A DNA stretch of 64,000 bases from Candidatus Nomurabacteria bacterium RIFCSPHIGHO2_02_40_30 (GTDB lineage: Bacteria > Patescibacteriota > Minisyncoccia > Phycocordibacterales > UBA9973): positions 6,259 through 70,258 of the forward strand of contig MFTV01000016.1 of NCBI GenBank assembly GCA_001785445.1. The letters are read 5' to 3'. The notes below the pieces were generated by a model. The model made no database searches. It was given only the letters and a program-made list of their open reading frames with translations, and was not told the origin of the DNA. Both the position numbers and the translations under genes were made by a program. Positions 9,405-18,407 of this stretch are shown piece after piece; position 1 is the first letter of the stretch; each line of letters starts with the position of its first letter.

Positions 9405-9995
9405 TTAAATCTTGTATTCAGCTATTTTATCTTTTTTCACCAGAGCAATTACATCTTCCAAGAGCTTTTTGGGGTCTCCTCCTACAACAATTTTCGTATT
9501 AGGACGATGACTTTTTTCTATAATTTCCTCAAGCTGACCTCCCATCTCCCATGGTCCTTCAAAAATACCGATGGGTTTATTGTCTTCAAAGGCAATGGTA
9601 AATTCGTGAATAGTGCCGATACGTCCGCACCCGCAAATGACTGCATCACTCGAGCGAGTGAGGAGGATGTCGCGGCCGGCATACCCAAAGCCTGTATACA
9701 TAATTAAATCCATATAATCAAGCGGGAGCTTATAAACTTCCACATGCTCTTTTTCTGACGCCGCCGGTGATACGCCGATAGAAACTCCGCCTACTTCTTT
9801 CAGTCCCATCGCGACCCAAAGCGGAAAACCAGTTGTTGCTCCTGTTACCAGCACTGCCCCTTGGCGAGCAATCTCGCGACCGAGTTCTTTGGCCTTCTCT
9901 AATGCATCGAGACCGCAATGACCGGTCTCCGCCGCCCCAGAAACACAGATTTTTATCTGGCTGTGTCCGTGTTTAGTATTTAAAATAGATTCCAT
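9405..9995 (-). CDS. LOG/TIGR00725-family Rossmann-fold protein
   Basis: GAVLVTGATTGFPLWVAMGLKEVGGVSIGVSP...ICGCGRIGT pattern. Start trimmed to MESILNTK because the longer ORF overlaps the repeat element. Confidence 0.55.
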   Translation of the reverse strand: MESILNTKHGHSQIKICVSGAAETGHCGLDALEKAKELGREIARQGAVLVTGATTGFPLWVAMGLKEVGGVSIGVSPAASEKEHVEVYKLPLDYMDLIMYTGFGYAGRDILLTRSSDAVICGCGRIGTIHEFTIAFEDNKPIGIFEGPWEMGGQLEEIIEKSHRPNTKIVVGGDPKKLLEDVIALVKKDKIAEYKI

Positions 9996-10017
9996 GGAAA
10001 TATTATAGCATAATTGT

Positions 10018-10174
10018 GAAACTCGTCGAAGGCGCACTTTTTAGAAAGCCTTGCGCAGGAAATTAGAAAATAAAGAAAGTATTCTTTCTATTATTTTCTT
10101 GATTGACGAGGTTTCGCTCCGCAAGCTTGCGGAGATAGATTGCTTTATAAAAAGTTGTGCCAAGAAAGAGTTTC
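10018..10174. repeat. MITE-like intergenic element, copy A (7-bp terminal inverted repeats GAAACTC/GAGTTTC)
   Basis: Shares two near-identical blocks with copy B at 16981-17100, including the perfect 9-bp-stem palindrome CTCCGCAAGCTTGCGGAG. Copy A has a 56-bp internal insertion relative to B. Confidence 0.7.
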
Positions 10175-11551
10175 TTAGCAGTTAAGTGTCACGCTCTCCC
10201 CTTGCTCCGGCGCGTAAGCATTAATGCCTAAATTGTCGCGCAGTTTCTGCACTAAAAACAAAGCTCCCTTCGGCTCCCCCATGACCACAAAAACCTTTTT
10301 AACTGAATCTTGCATATCTTCGACAAAGTTAATTAATTCATCCGAATCTTTATGTCCCGAGTATCCTGAAATTGTGACAACGTGTGCTCGAACTACCACA
10401 TCTTCCCCTGTTATACGGACAGTCTTTACTCCCTCTTGAATTAAACGCCCCGGAGTGCCTACAGCCTGATAGCCGGTTAGAAGCAGGGTATTGTTGGGGT
10501 CCGGCAAGTAATGTCTTTCATGGTGCACAATGCGTCCCCCTGTGGACATGCCGCTCCCAGCGATAACTATTTTAGGATTTGGCACATTGCCGATCATTTT
10601 CGACTCTTCTGACTTCAGAGTACTATGCAGTCCCGAAAAATCAAATAAATACTTGTCGCTCTTCATCGCCTTTTGAGCATTTTCGTTGAAATAACTTTTA
10701 TATTGTTTAAAAACTTCAGTTAAACGAATAGCGAGTGGTGAGTCGAGGAAAATAGGCATAATGGGTATTCGGTTATTTTCCACCAAAGCATTAAGTTCAA
10801 AAAGAAGTTCCTGCGAGCGTTCGAGTGAAAAAGTGGGTATGATAAGTGTTCCCTTTCTTTTGTAGTTGTCTTCAATTATTTCCTCTAATAATTTCCTGCG
10901 GTCATCCCTAGACTCATGATTTCTGTCACCATACACAGACTCCATTACCAAATAATCCACACCGGCAACTTTTTCAGTATCCGGCAGGATCGGTGAAGGA
11001 CTGTTGCCCAAATCTCCGGTAAAAAGAATTTTCTTGCCATTATAAACAAACAAAATCATAGCGGAACCTAAAATATGACCGGCGTTAAAAAAAGAAACTT
11101 CCAGACTAGAAGTTATCTTTATTTTTTCATGATACTCAAAACCTTGCCAGAGAGATAAAGCCAGCTTAACATTCTCCGGCGTGTAAATTTTATCCAACCC
11201 CAAGTCTTTATTTTTCTGCAGTATCTGCATAGTGTCCTCGAGCATCGGCAATGCCAGCCCCTTGGTTGGCAGAATAGAATAAATTTTTCCGCGAAAGCCT
11301 TCACTGATGAGTTTGGGGATGCGGCCCAAATGGTCCACATGCGCATGAGTAATAAAAAGGATGTCCACTTCTTTCGGGTTATAAGTAAATGGGTCCCAGT
11401 TAATATCGTCTGCCAATTTTTCCCCTTGAGTCAGCCCACAGTCAACCAATATTTTTTTACCGTCGGCCTCAAAAAGGAAATTCGAGCCCGTGACTGAGCC
11501 TGTTCCCCCGTAAAAAGTTATTCTGACTGTTTTATTTGCTGTTTTTCCCAT
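10175..11551 (-). CDS. beta-CASP family MBL-fold ribonuclease (RNase J/TTHA0252-like)
   Basis: HAHVDH metallo-beta-lactamase motif and beta-CASP region. About 458 aa without the RNase J C-terminal domain. Confidence 0.7.
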   Translation of the reverse strand: MGKTANKTVRITFYGGTGSVTGSNFLFEADGKKILVDCGLTQGEKLADDINWDPFTYNPKEVDILFITHAHVDHLGRIPKLISEGFRGKIYSILPTKGLALPMLEDTMQILQKNKDLGLDKIYTPENVKLALSLWQGFEYHEKIKITSSLEVSFFNAGHILGSAMILFVYNGKKILFTGDLGNSPSPILPDTEKVAGVDYLVMESVYGDRNHESRDDRRKLLEEIIEDNYKRKGTLIIPTFSLERSQELLFELNALVENNRIPIMPIFLDSPLAIRLTEVFKQYKSYFNENAQKAMKSDKYLFDFSGLHSTLKSEESKMIGNVPNPKIVIAGSGMSTGGRIVHHERHYLPDPNNTLLLTGYQAVGTPGRLIQEGVKTVRITGEDVVVRAHVVTISGYSGHKDSDELINFVEDMQDSVKKVFVVMGEPKGALFLVQKLRDNLGINAYAPEQGESVTLNC

Positions 11552-11904
11552 AAATAAAGAATAGCACATAACCCACCTAATAAATCAAAGAATATATCTG
11601 AAGCAGTATCAACTATATTAAACTGTTCCTTCGCGATAATATTCAAAAAGAATTCGAAAGCCTCCCATAATACTCCAATTAATAAAACACCTAAAATAAC
11701 AGTTAGAATTTGCTTCAAAAAAAGATTTTCATTGTAAAAAACATACAAGAAAAAAAGCCCTACCCAAAAGCCACTTAAAAAGTGCATGATTATGTCAAAA
11801 TACCAAATGGTAAAATACCAATAAAACTCTTGCGCTATTAAATTCAGTATAAAAAGAAAAAACATCAGAAACACTAGATGTTTTAAAATCCTTTTCCTAT
11901 TCAT
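11518..11904 (-). CDS. Small membrane protein (VanZ-like motif D-x3-D-x2-GG, uncertain)
   Basis: 128 aa, 4 TM. WEAFEFFLN...DTASDIFFDLLGG near the C-terminus. Confidence 0.4.
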   Translation of the reverse strand: MNRKRILKHLVFLMFFLFILNLIAQEFYWYFTIWYFDIIMHFLSGFWVGLFFLYVFYNENLFLKQILTVILGVLLIGVLWEAFEFFLNIIAKEQFNIVDTASDIFFDLLGGLCAILYLWEKQQIKQSE

Positions 11905-11929
11905 AGCAACATTTTAGCACATTTCTAAG

Positions 11930-11950
11930 AAAAAACCCCGCGCGACGGGG
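11930..11950 (-). terminator. Rho-independent terminator (CCCCG-tcgcg-CGGGG then T6) about 25 nt upstream of the 11904 start codon
   Basis: Perfect 5-bp GC stem followed by TTTTTT on the minus strand. Confidence 0.6.
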
Positions 11951-12084
11951 TGCCTTCTTAGGACTATTTCTAATGTATTACCGTAGCTCAAAGCTAAGTG
12001 GGTGCTAGACGCGTGAGGCCAAGACCAAAAGCGATCGAAGCTCCCATAAAATAGTGTTCTAGGTAATAATTGGAAATAACCCTA
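11951..12084 (-). ncRNA. Candidate small RNA or cis-regulatory leader (function unknown)
   Basis: Minus-strand TTGCCT-16 nt-TATACT promoter at 12090-12117; about 155-nt transcript ending at the terminator above, with no ORF. Sits between the HAD hydrolase stop and the membrane-protein start. Confidence 0.3.
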
Positions 12085-12170
12085 CTTAAAGTATAGCAAG
12101 TATAAAAACTAAGGCAACTAGACAAGAATAATTTTCTGTTTTTGAATGAGATTGCAACTAAAAATGCCTA

Positions 12171-12764
12171 TTACGGCATATATTGCTTCATTTTTTCTTT
12201 GAAATCTTCAAAAGATGTGTAAAGTTCTGTCTGTATGCCAAAATCTTTCGCTCCTTGTATGTGTCCGGCTGTGTCGTCCCAAAATAATATTTCTTCTTTT
12301 TGTATATTTTTTAAATCTTCAAATATTTTTAGGAAAAATTCTTGATTTGGTTTTTTGTGCCCTAAATGAGCAGAGGAATATGTCTTATCAAAACTATTTT
12401 TGAAACCCATCTTGTTGAGCATATACTCAAAACGGTACCTTTCGTTGTTAGTAGCTAAAAAACATAATATTCCTTTATGTCTTAAACCTTGTATATACTC
12501 TACCAATTCTGAATTTATCTTATGTTCACGCTCAAACCAATATTCCATAAAAGCGTCTAGGCCTTTATTCCAGCCCCAGAGAGTTAAATAAGGGGAAATG
12601 GTTTCTTTTAAGTCACACTTACCCACTAAACAATCTTGAAACGGTCCATTGAAGAATGGGAGAGTTTTTTCTATAGTAATTCCGTAGTCTTTCTCAAGAG
12701 CGACACTAAATCTCTCTTGATTTGTCAGTAAACCATCGGCGTCAAAAATAACTACTTTTATCAT
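12171..12764 (-). CDS. HAD-superfamily hydrolase
   Basis: VIFDADGLL DxD motif. 197 aa. Confidence 0.8.
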   Translation of the reverse strand: MIKVVIFDADGLLTNQERFSVALEKDYGITIEKTLPFFNGPFQDCLVGKCDLKETISPYLTLWGWNKGLDAFMEYWFEREHKINSELVEYIQGLRHKGILCFLATNNERYRFEYMLNKMGFKNSFDKTYSSAHLGHKKPNQEFFLKIFEDLKNIQKEEILFWDDTAGHIQGAKDFGIQTELYTSFEDFKEKMKQYMP

Positions 12765-12775
12765 TAGAAAATATT

Positions 12776-13360
12776 TTACTCATCCACCCCAAAGCGCTTA
12801 TAGTCGTATGTTGTACTATTGCCAAACCAGTGCTTGATTTCGTGTTCCGCTTCTTCGGGAGTTTCTGAACAGTGCATGATATTCATCACTGCTCGCTTTT
12901 CCTTATTAGCCATAGCCGGAGAATCAATAGAGAAGTCTCCACGAATAGTGCCCACGGCTGACTTATAAGGCAATGTATCACCTGCAATCTTTCTAACCAC
13001 ATCTACTGCATGTGTACCCTGGACTACCATTTTCACCAGTGGAGCTGACTTCATATAGTCAATGAGCCATTTTCTTATTTCAGGGCCAATTTTAGAAGTA
13101 TCAGTCGTCCCAAAATCTGCCAGCATATCATAGCCGTACTTTTCGTACGTAGACTTAGTTTTCTCTCCAAGTCTGGTAATCCACGCTTCGTCTTTTGGAT
13201 AATGATCGTTGAGCTGTTCATGTTCCGGTTGAAACATCTCAAGCGCTACAACTTTAAGATCTCGTCGCTCAAATCTGCTTATGACTTCGCCTATTAACCC
13301 TTTCCTAACCCCATCAGGTTTAATCATGACATATGTCTTCTCTTCCTTTGGATGTTTCAT
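12776..13360 (-). CDS. ndk: Nucleoside diphosphate kinase (long form)
   Basis: KTYVMIKPDGVRKGLIGEVISRFE and NIMHCSET match NDK signatures. Confidence 0.8.
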   Translation of the reverse strand: MKHPKEEKTYVMIKPDGVRKGLIGEVISRFERRDLKVVALEMFQPEHEQLNDHYPKDEAWITRLGEKTKSTYEKYGYDMLADFGTTDTSKIGPEIRKWLIDYMKSAPLVKMVVQGTHAVDVVRKIAGDTLPYKSAVGTIRGDFSIDSPAMANKEKRAVMNIMHCSETPEEAEHEIKHWFGNSTTYDYKRFGVDE

Positions 13361-13405
13361 ATTTGGGTATTCTAGCAGAAAAAATTACTTTTGCAAAATT
13401 AAAAA

Positions 13406-16189
13406 TTACTCCATACTCTTATACCTGCCCATGATTTCGGCTTCTACTTCGGCGCGGTCGCGACCGTATTTTATATAAGAAAGTTCTTTCAAGCTGTCTA
13501 CTATACCTACAGTACCCTTTTCAGGGGCTAAAGTTTTCAAATTAAAAGGCTTGGTCGGCTGGCCATTGACCAGCATGCTCATGTAGGCATTGTAATTATC
13601 AAGTTTAGTTATATCTTGGGCCGTAAATTGAGGCTTAAATTTCGGCTCGAGAAAACTCGCATCTTCAGTGCCCACGCGGAATACCGCCATAGAGCCGACA
13701 TTGCCGAAAACAGCATTTTTAATATTTTCTTCCAATTGGGTAATATATTGATGAGCAATGTTAAGAGAAAGCCTGTATTTGCGAGCTTCAGACAAGATAG
13801 AAGCAATAGAATCAGTGGTAACATTCTGGAATTCGTCAATGTATAAATAAAAATCATTCATGGGTTTACCGAACATATCCACGCGCGAGAGCGCCGCCAT
13901 TTGAATCTTGCCCACCAGCACCAAACCAATCAAATTCGCATTAATATCTCCGAGCCTGCCCTTGGAAAGATTAACCAAGAGAATCTTTTTCTCATCCATT
14001 ATTTTACGAAAATTAAAAACAGAGTTCTGCTGCAGCACTACCGGACGCATAATGTCGTTGGAAATAAAATTATCAAATTTTGAAGAAATATACGGCACGA
14101 AGTTTGCCAAAGACTGGTCGCCTGTCGTCTGTTCGGCCGAAACCCAGAATTGTTTGATGATAGGATTCTGGCATCTAGCTAATTTCAAATCTCGAAATTG
14201 TTTATCAGCCAGCACTCTGGTAATCTCTAAGAGAGTCGAGCCCGACTCCGGATCCTCCATTACCAGAAAGGCGCTGTTTCTGAAATATTGTTCGAACATT
14301 GCCCCGCCACCGACTTTCATATCAAAAAGTTTGTTGAAGATTCCCATCATTTCATTTACCACGAAAGTTTTCTGCTCCGGATATTTCGGATCATACTCAA
14401 GCATATTTAGCCCAATAGGACGAGCTGTATAAGCAGGGTCGAAATATATTACATCATCAATACGTTCTTTTGGAATTCGCGACAAAATAGTCTGAATGTC
14501 TGTGCCGTGCGGGTCAATATAACAGCAACCGTCACCATTCTTGATGTCCTGCGTAATCATATTGAGCATAATATTGGTCTTGCCGGTGCCCGTCTGGCCT
14601 ATGCAATAGAAATGCCGCATCCGGTCTTCCCGAGCCATGTGGATTTCCGTGTCTTTGCCTCGGTAACTATTAACCCCTAAGACTATGCCGGCAGTACCCA
14701 TCTCAAGTGGCGCAGGGGCAATACCAGCCTTGGCTTCTTTCAGTTGGGGCTGGCTGCCTATGCCTATAGGGAAATGAAATACCGAAGCCAGCTCTTTCAA
14801 ATTCATAGGTAAAATTTTATCAGGTGAAAAAGAACGGTAGGAAAAGTCATGGAAAAGTTTTTTCAAAATACTGCCCTGAGCTTTTTCGAAAACAAAAGAT
14901 TGACTGGCGGCTTCGGAAAATTGATTAAAGGAGGACTCTATCTCGGTTAGTATCGCTTCTGCCCGCTCAATGCTCTCACCGGAAGCAATGACGCGAATAT
15001 TAGCCTTCATGATAGTGCTTTTCATCTTATTGCCTATTTTTTCGGTGGCGCCTTCATCCACCGCTTTTCGGCCCGGAGTGTATTTTTCATCTTTTTCCCC
15101 CTTTTTTTCTTTTACACCAAAAAGAAGCTCTTTGCCAACGGAGAGGAAAGCTTTATGAAATTTATAAAAATTATCCGACGCATGTTTGACAGACATACCA
15201 CTTTTTACGTCATCTAGAATCATATGGAATTCGTTTATGAATTTATTGCCCGCGGGCGCCACTACGAGCTGGATCGCGGCGCCTTCGCCTTTGGTCTTTA
15301 ACTTAGAGAAAACATTTAGTATCGTATTCATGGGGTCATGATCTATATTGTCGTAAGTCTTGATAGGCATAACTTCACGCTGTGAGAATGCGCCATAGGC
15401 TCCAGCTGAACCGCCTTTTTCGTTAAAAATATTATAGTCATCCGTAACTTCGCGGATTTTAGCATTATGATAAAAAGCTAAAATTTGTTTTTCAAAAAGT
15501 GAAAGATGTTTATTCGGAATTCCGGCATAGACAACCACTTCATCACTTTGGTTGCCAAGCGCAACTTCAAGAGTGAAGTAAATTTCTTTGGCATTACTTT
15601 TGCCTTCGGAAATAGACTGCATTCCTGCGTAAAATTGCTCCATCGCGCCGATGAATTCTTTAAAGCCTTTTGACTTGTCGGCTTCGTCCATCGGTGGTGG
15701 CAAAGTTATTTCAAAAAGGGTCATATGCAGAGACTTATACATGGGTGTACCTTCCTTGAAACCAATTTCTACTTGACCTGTTTTAAGATACTGAATCAAG
15801 ATTCTATGGAAATCGTCATCCACATGCGGGTTACCCATGGATTCTACAACTGCAAGCGCATTTTTAACCCCTTTTGTTATGACAATACCCAGAAGTTCTT
15901 CCATCACAGCATCATGTGGCTCGGGTTTCAGAGCCAGAACTATGTCTTCTGTTTGTTTTTTTTCTAAAATACTATTTTTATGTATTACCTCTTCTATGGG
16001 TATATTCTTGTATGCGCCTACCACGTCCTGCACTGCATTGTCTTTGGCATTCTCAAAGTGGCCTAGTGTTACTAGTTCTTCTTCGCGCTTTCTAACATGC
16101 GCGCGCAAATAGTCGAGCTCTTCTTCTGGAGTCCTAAACTTCGGCATTTCCCTAAAAAATGACGGATGCATTGCTCTTAAATTATACAC
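13406..16189 (-). CDS. Large P-loop ATPase, VirB4/TraG/HerA (AAA_10/DUF87)-like C-terminal half with uncharacterised about 500-aa N-terminal half
   Basis: 927 aa. Walker A GQTGTGKTNIML, Walker B YLYIDEFQNV, distal ARKYRLSLNIAHQ motif typical of VirB4/TraG-type ATPases. Confidence 0.55.
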   Translation of the reverse strand: MYNLRAMHPSFFREMPKFRTPEEELDYLRAHVRKREEELVTLGHFENAKDNAVQDVVGAYKNIPIEEVIHKNSILEKKQTEDIVLALKPEPHDAVMEELLGIVITKGVKNALAVVESMGNPHVDDDFHRILIQYLKTGQVEIGFKEGTPMYKSLHMTLFEITLPPPMDEADKSKGFKEFIGAMEQFYAGMQSISEGKSNAKEIYFTLEVALGNQSDEVVVYAGIPNKHLSLFEKQILAFYHNAKIREVTDDYNIFNEKGGSAGAYGAFSQREVMPIKTYDNIDHDPMNTILNVFSKLKTKGEGAAIQLVVAPAGNKFINEFHMILDDVKSGMSVKHASDNFYKFHKAFLSVGKELLFGVKEKKGEKDEKYTPGRKAVDEGATEKIGNKMKSTIMKANIRVIASGESIERAEAILTEIESSFNQFSEAASQSFVFEKAQGSILKKLFHDFSYRSFSPDKILPMNLKELASVFHFPIGIGSQPQLKEAKAGIAPAPLEMGTAGIVLGVNSYRGKDTEIHMAREDRMRHFYCIGQTGTGKTNIMLNMITQDIKNGDGCCYIDPHGTDIQTILSRIPKERIDDVIYFDPAYTARPIGLNMLEYDPKYPEQKTFVVNEMMGIFNKLFDMKVGGGAMFEQYFRNSAFLVMEDPESGSTLLEITRVLADKQFRDLKLARCQNPIIKQFWVSAEQTTGDQSLANFVPYISSKFDNFISNDIMRPVVLQQNSVFNFRKIMDEKKILLVNLSKGRLGDINANLIGLVLVGKIQMAALSRVDMFGKPMNDFYLYIDEFQNVTTDSIASILSEARKYRLSLNIAHQYITQLEENIKNAVFGNVGSMAVFRVGTEDASFLEPKFKPQFTAQDITKLDNYNAYMSMLVNGQPTKPFNLKTLAPEKGTVGIVDSLKELSYIKYGRDRAEVEAEIMGRYKSME

Positions 16190-16974
16190 TAAACCTTCGT
16201 CAAAATCTCTGGATCATTTTCTGTAATCAATATTGTGTGTTCAAAATGGGCGCTTCGTTTGCCATCAGCAGTGTGAAATGTATAGCCATCTTTATCTAAA
16301 GTTACATTTTTTGTGCCATTGTTGAGCATCGGCTCGATGGCTATGACCATCCCTGGCACAAGCTTGGCGCCTGTCCTGGCTTTGCCAAAATTCGGTATAT
16401 AAGGGTCCTCATGTATGGCTCGCCCCACTCCATGCCCAGCCAAGACTTCCACAATGCCGTATTTCTTTTTCTCTGATTTTCCTTTTGAACGAACAAACTG
16501 CTCTATGGCGTAGCCTATGTCCCCCACGGTGTTGCCAACTCTCGCCATATTTATACCCACTTGTAGAGCTTGCTCTGTCACTGCCATAAGCTCCATGCTT
16601 GCAGAGTTTACCTTGCCTACAGGCGCAGTGAGTGCCATGTCCGTAAAAAGCCCTTTGTGTTTTACCCCTAAATCAATAGACACAATATCTCCCTCTTTTA
16701 AAATTCTGTTTCCTTTAGGAATACCATGAACAACTTCGTCGTTGACTGACACACATAGTGATGCAGGGAACGGAATCTTAGCTCCTTCTGGTTTATAATT
16801 TAGAAATGCAGGCTCATCACCCATTTCTCTAATTAACTTAAGAGCATACAAGTCTAATTCTTTCGTGGAAACCCCCACGGCAATTTTGTCCCGCACTTTG
16901 TACAGGACAGTCGCTAAACGTTTCCCGCATTCTCGCAGTATTTTTATCTCTTCTGGTGTTTTGATTATTATCAT
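16189..16974 (-). CDS. map: Methionine aminopeptidase type I
   Basis: Full-length MAP with metal-binding D/H/E residues. 261 aa. Confidence 0.95.
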   Translation of the reverse strand: MIIIKTPEEIKILRECGKRLATVLYKVRDKIAVGVSTKELDLYALKLIREMGDEPAFLNYKPEGAKIPFPASLCVSVNDEVVHGIPKGNRILKEGDIVSIDLGVKHKGLFTDMALTAPVGKVNSASMELMAVTEQALQVGINMARVGNTVGDIGYAIEQFVRSKGKSEKKKYGIVEVLAGHGVGRAIHEDPYIPNFGKARTGAKLVPGMVIAIEPMLNNGTKNVTLDKDGYTFHTADGKRSAHFEHTILITENDPEILTKV

Positions 16975-16980
16975 AAATAT

Positions 16981-17100
16981 GAAACTCGTCGCAGGCGCAC
17001 TTTTTAGAAAGCCTTTCGCAGGGCGACGGCCCGAGAAGTTCGCTCCGCAAGCTTGCGGAGATAGATTGCTTTATAAAAAGTTGTGCCAAGAAAGAGTTTC
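16981..17100. repeat. MITE-like intergenic element, copy B
   Basis: Same termini and core as copy A. Begins 6 nt upstream of the map start codon and ends 4 nt after the pyrH stop. Confidence 0.7.
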
Positions 17101-17104
17101 ATAT

Positions 17105-17794
17105 TTATGAAATTATTGTCCCTAGAAATTGCTCCCCATTTAGACACTTGGTCAAATTATCAATCGGCTTGCCGTTCATTATCATTACTTGGATGCCTTC
17201 TTTTTGCGCTACTTCCGAAGCCACTGGGTCAAATGGAGAGCTTAGCCTCGAGGTCCATTGCGCAGGTATAATTGCTCGATAATCAGCCCAAGAAATTTTC
17301 TCAATTTTTTTGGCGTCCGGATTTACCTTGGGGTCTTTATCGTAGACATAATCAATATTGGAAAGATTTATGATTTTTTTGGCCTTCAAGTGCTTGGCCG
17401 CCAGCACGGCATCCCAGTCTGTGCTTTTCCCCGGCTCGTAGGCGGAGCCTATGACTACATTTTTTTCAAAAGAAAAAGGAACACCCAAGTTGGCTATCAC
17501 TTTATTATGAGCAACATCTGCGAAAATAACACGGAGCAACTCCGCATTGAGCTTCAGTGACGCAATGCCTATCCAGTCTAAGTCTTCACTAGTCGGACTC
17601 CCAAGTTCTTTGGCCACTTTATTATACCTGCGATTAATTTCTCCTCCGCCGGTTATAATTACAAATTTTTTACGCTGATTGTTATCTTTGGCAACATGCG
17701 AAAGTATTAAAGCTTTAAATTCTTTTAAAAAATCTATGTCTATGCTGTCGGGTACTATAAGTGAGCCGCCCAGTGAAATTATTATTGTTTCCAT
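17105..17794 (-). CDS. pyrH: UMP kinase, archaeal type
   Basis: IISLGGSLI amino-acid-kinase fold N-terminus. About 229 aa, typical of archaeal-type UMPK. Confidence 0.7.
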   Translation of the reverse strand: METIIISLGGSLIVPDSIDIDFLKEFKALILSHVAKDNNQRKKFVIITGGGEINRRYNKVAKELGSPTSEDLDWIGIASLKLNAELLRVIFADVAHNKVIANLGVPFSFEKNVVIGSAYEPGKSTDWDAVLAAKHLKAKKIINLSNIDYVYDKDPKVNPDAKKIEKISWADYRAIIPAQWTSRLSSPFDPVASEVAQKEGIQVMIMNGKPIDNLTKCLNGEQFLGTIIS

Positions 17795-17797
17795 GTG

Positions 17798-18385
17798 TTA
17801 ATACCCTAAAGCTTTAATAATATCTTTATGAACATCCGGTATAGATTGCTCTCCATTAATTGTGTAAATTGTGTAACCCGTTTTATTTTTGAAATAATTC
17901 ATCGCCGGAACCACATTGTTTATATATTCATCAAATCTTTTGGCAATGCCTTGTACTGTGTCATCACTTCTACCCCGTAATAAATTTCTGTTCATTGCTT
18001 CCTCTTTACCCACTTCAATATAAATAACACTTACTTTGTCGTGCTTGAAAAACTTCATCATTTGTTCAAAAAGTTCTGATTGCGGCACTGTGCGAGGATA
18101 GCCGTCAGCCACCAGATTCTTTTCGGCTGTCAGAGAAGAGATGAGGATGTTGGTAAAAATTGCATCGGTTAAAAAGTCCGCTACCAACTCTCCCCGAGCT
18201 ATGGTGTCTTTTATCAAATTTCCCGTATAACTCCCAGAAGCTATCAATGACCTGAAGCCTTCACCAGTGCCAGCATATACAGACTCTAATCCGCCTTTAG
18301 ACTTGAGATATTCCATCAAGAGCTTCACTTGTGTCCCCTTACCGGAACCCACTATTCCAAAAAATACAAATGCCTGTGGTTTCAT
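17798..18385 (-). CDS. adk: Adenylate kinase (start trimmed to MKPQAFVFFG)
   Basis: P-loop GIVGSGKGTQ. Confidence 0.8.
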   Translation of the reverse strand: MKPQAFVFFGIVGSGKGTQVKLLMEYLKSKGGLESVYAGTGEGFRSLIASGSYTGNLIKDTIARGELVADFLTDAIFTNILISSLTAEKNLVADGYPRTVPQSELFEQMMKFFKHDKVSVIYIEVGKEEAMNRNLLRGRSDDTVQGIAKRFDEYINNVVPAMNYFKNKTGYTIYTINGEQSIPDVHKDIIKALGY

Positions 18386-18407
18386 CTGTGTTATAATAAC
18401 ACAAATC

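Noticed and set aside
9996-10037. N-terminal 14 codons of the LOG-like ORF
   Set aside because: Overlap the repeat element. The internal Met gives a canonical N-terminus.
11518-11952. Fluoride riboswitch plus CrcB channel interpretation of the leader and 128-aa membrane protein
   Set aside because: The protein lacks the CrcB GGxxGAxxR and TFxVN motifs, and the RNA lacks the crcB-motif conserved nucleotides.
13609-16112. Multiple short ORFs inside 13406-16189 on both strands
   Set aside because: Shadow ORFs of the large ATPase gene.
18267-18407. Long N-terminal extension of cmk, and the adk extension 18386-18463
   Set aside because: The extensions overlap each other on opposite strands and are hydrophobic junk. 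P-loop-proximal Met starts are consistent with family lengths.
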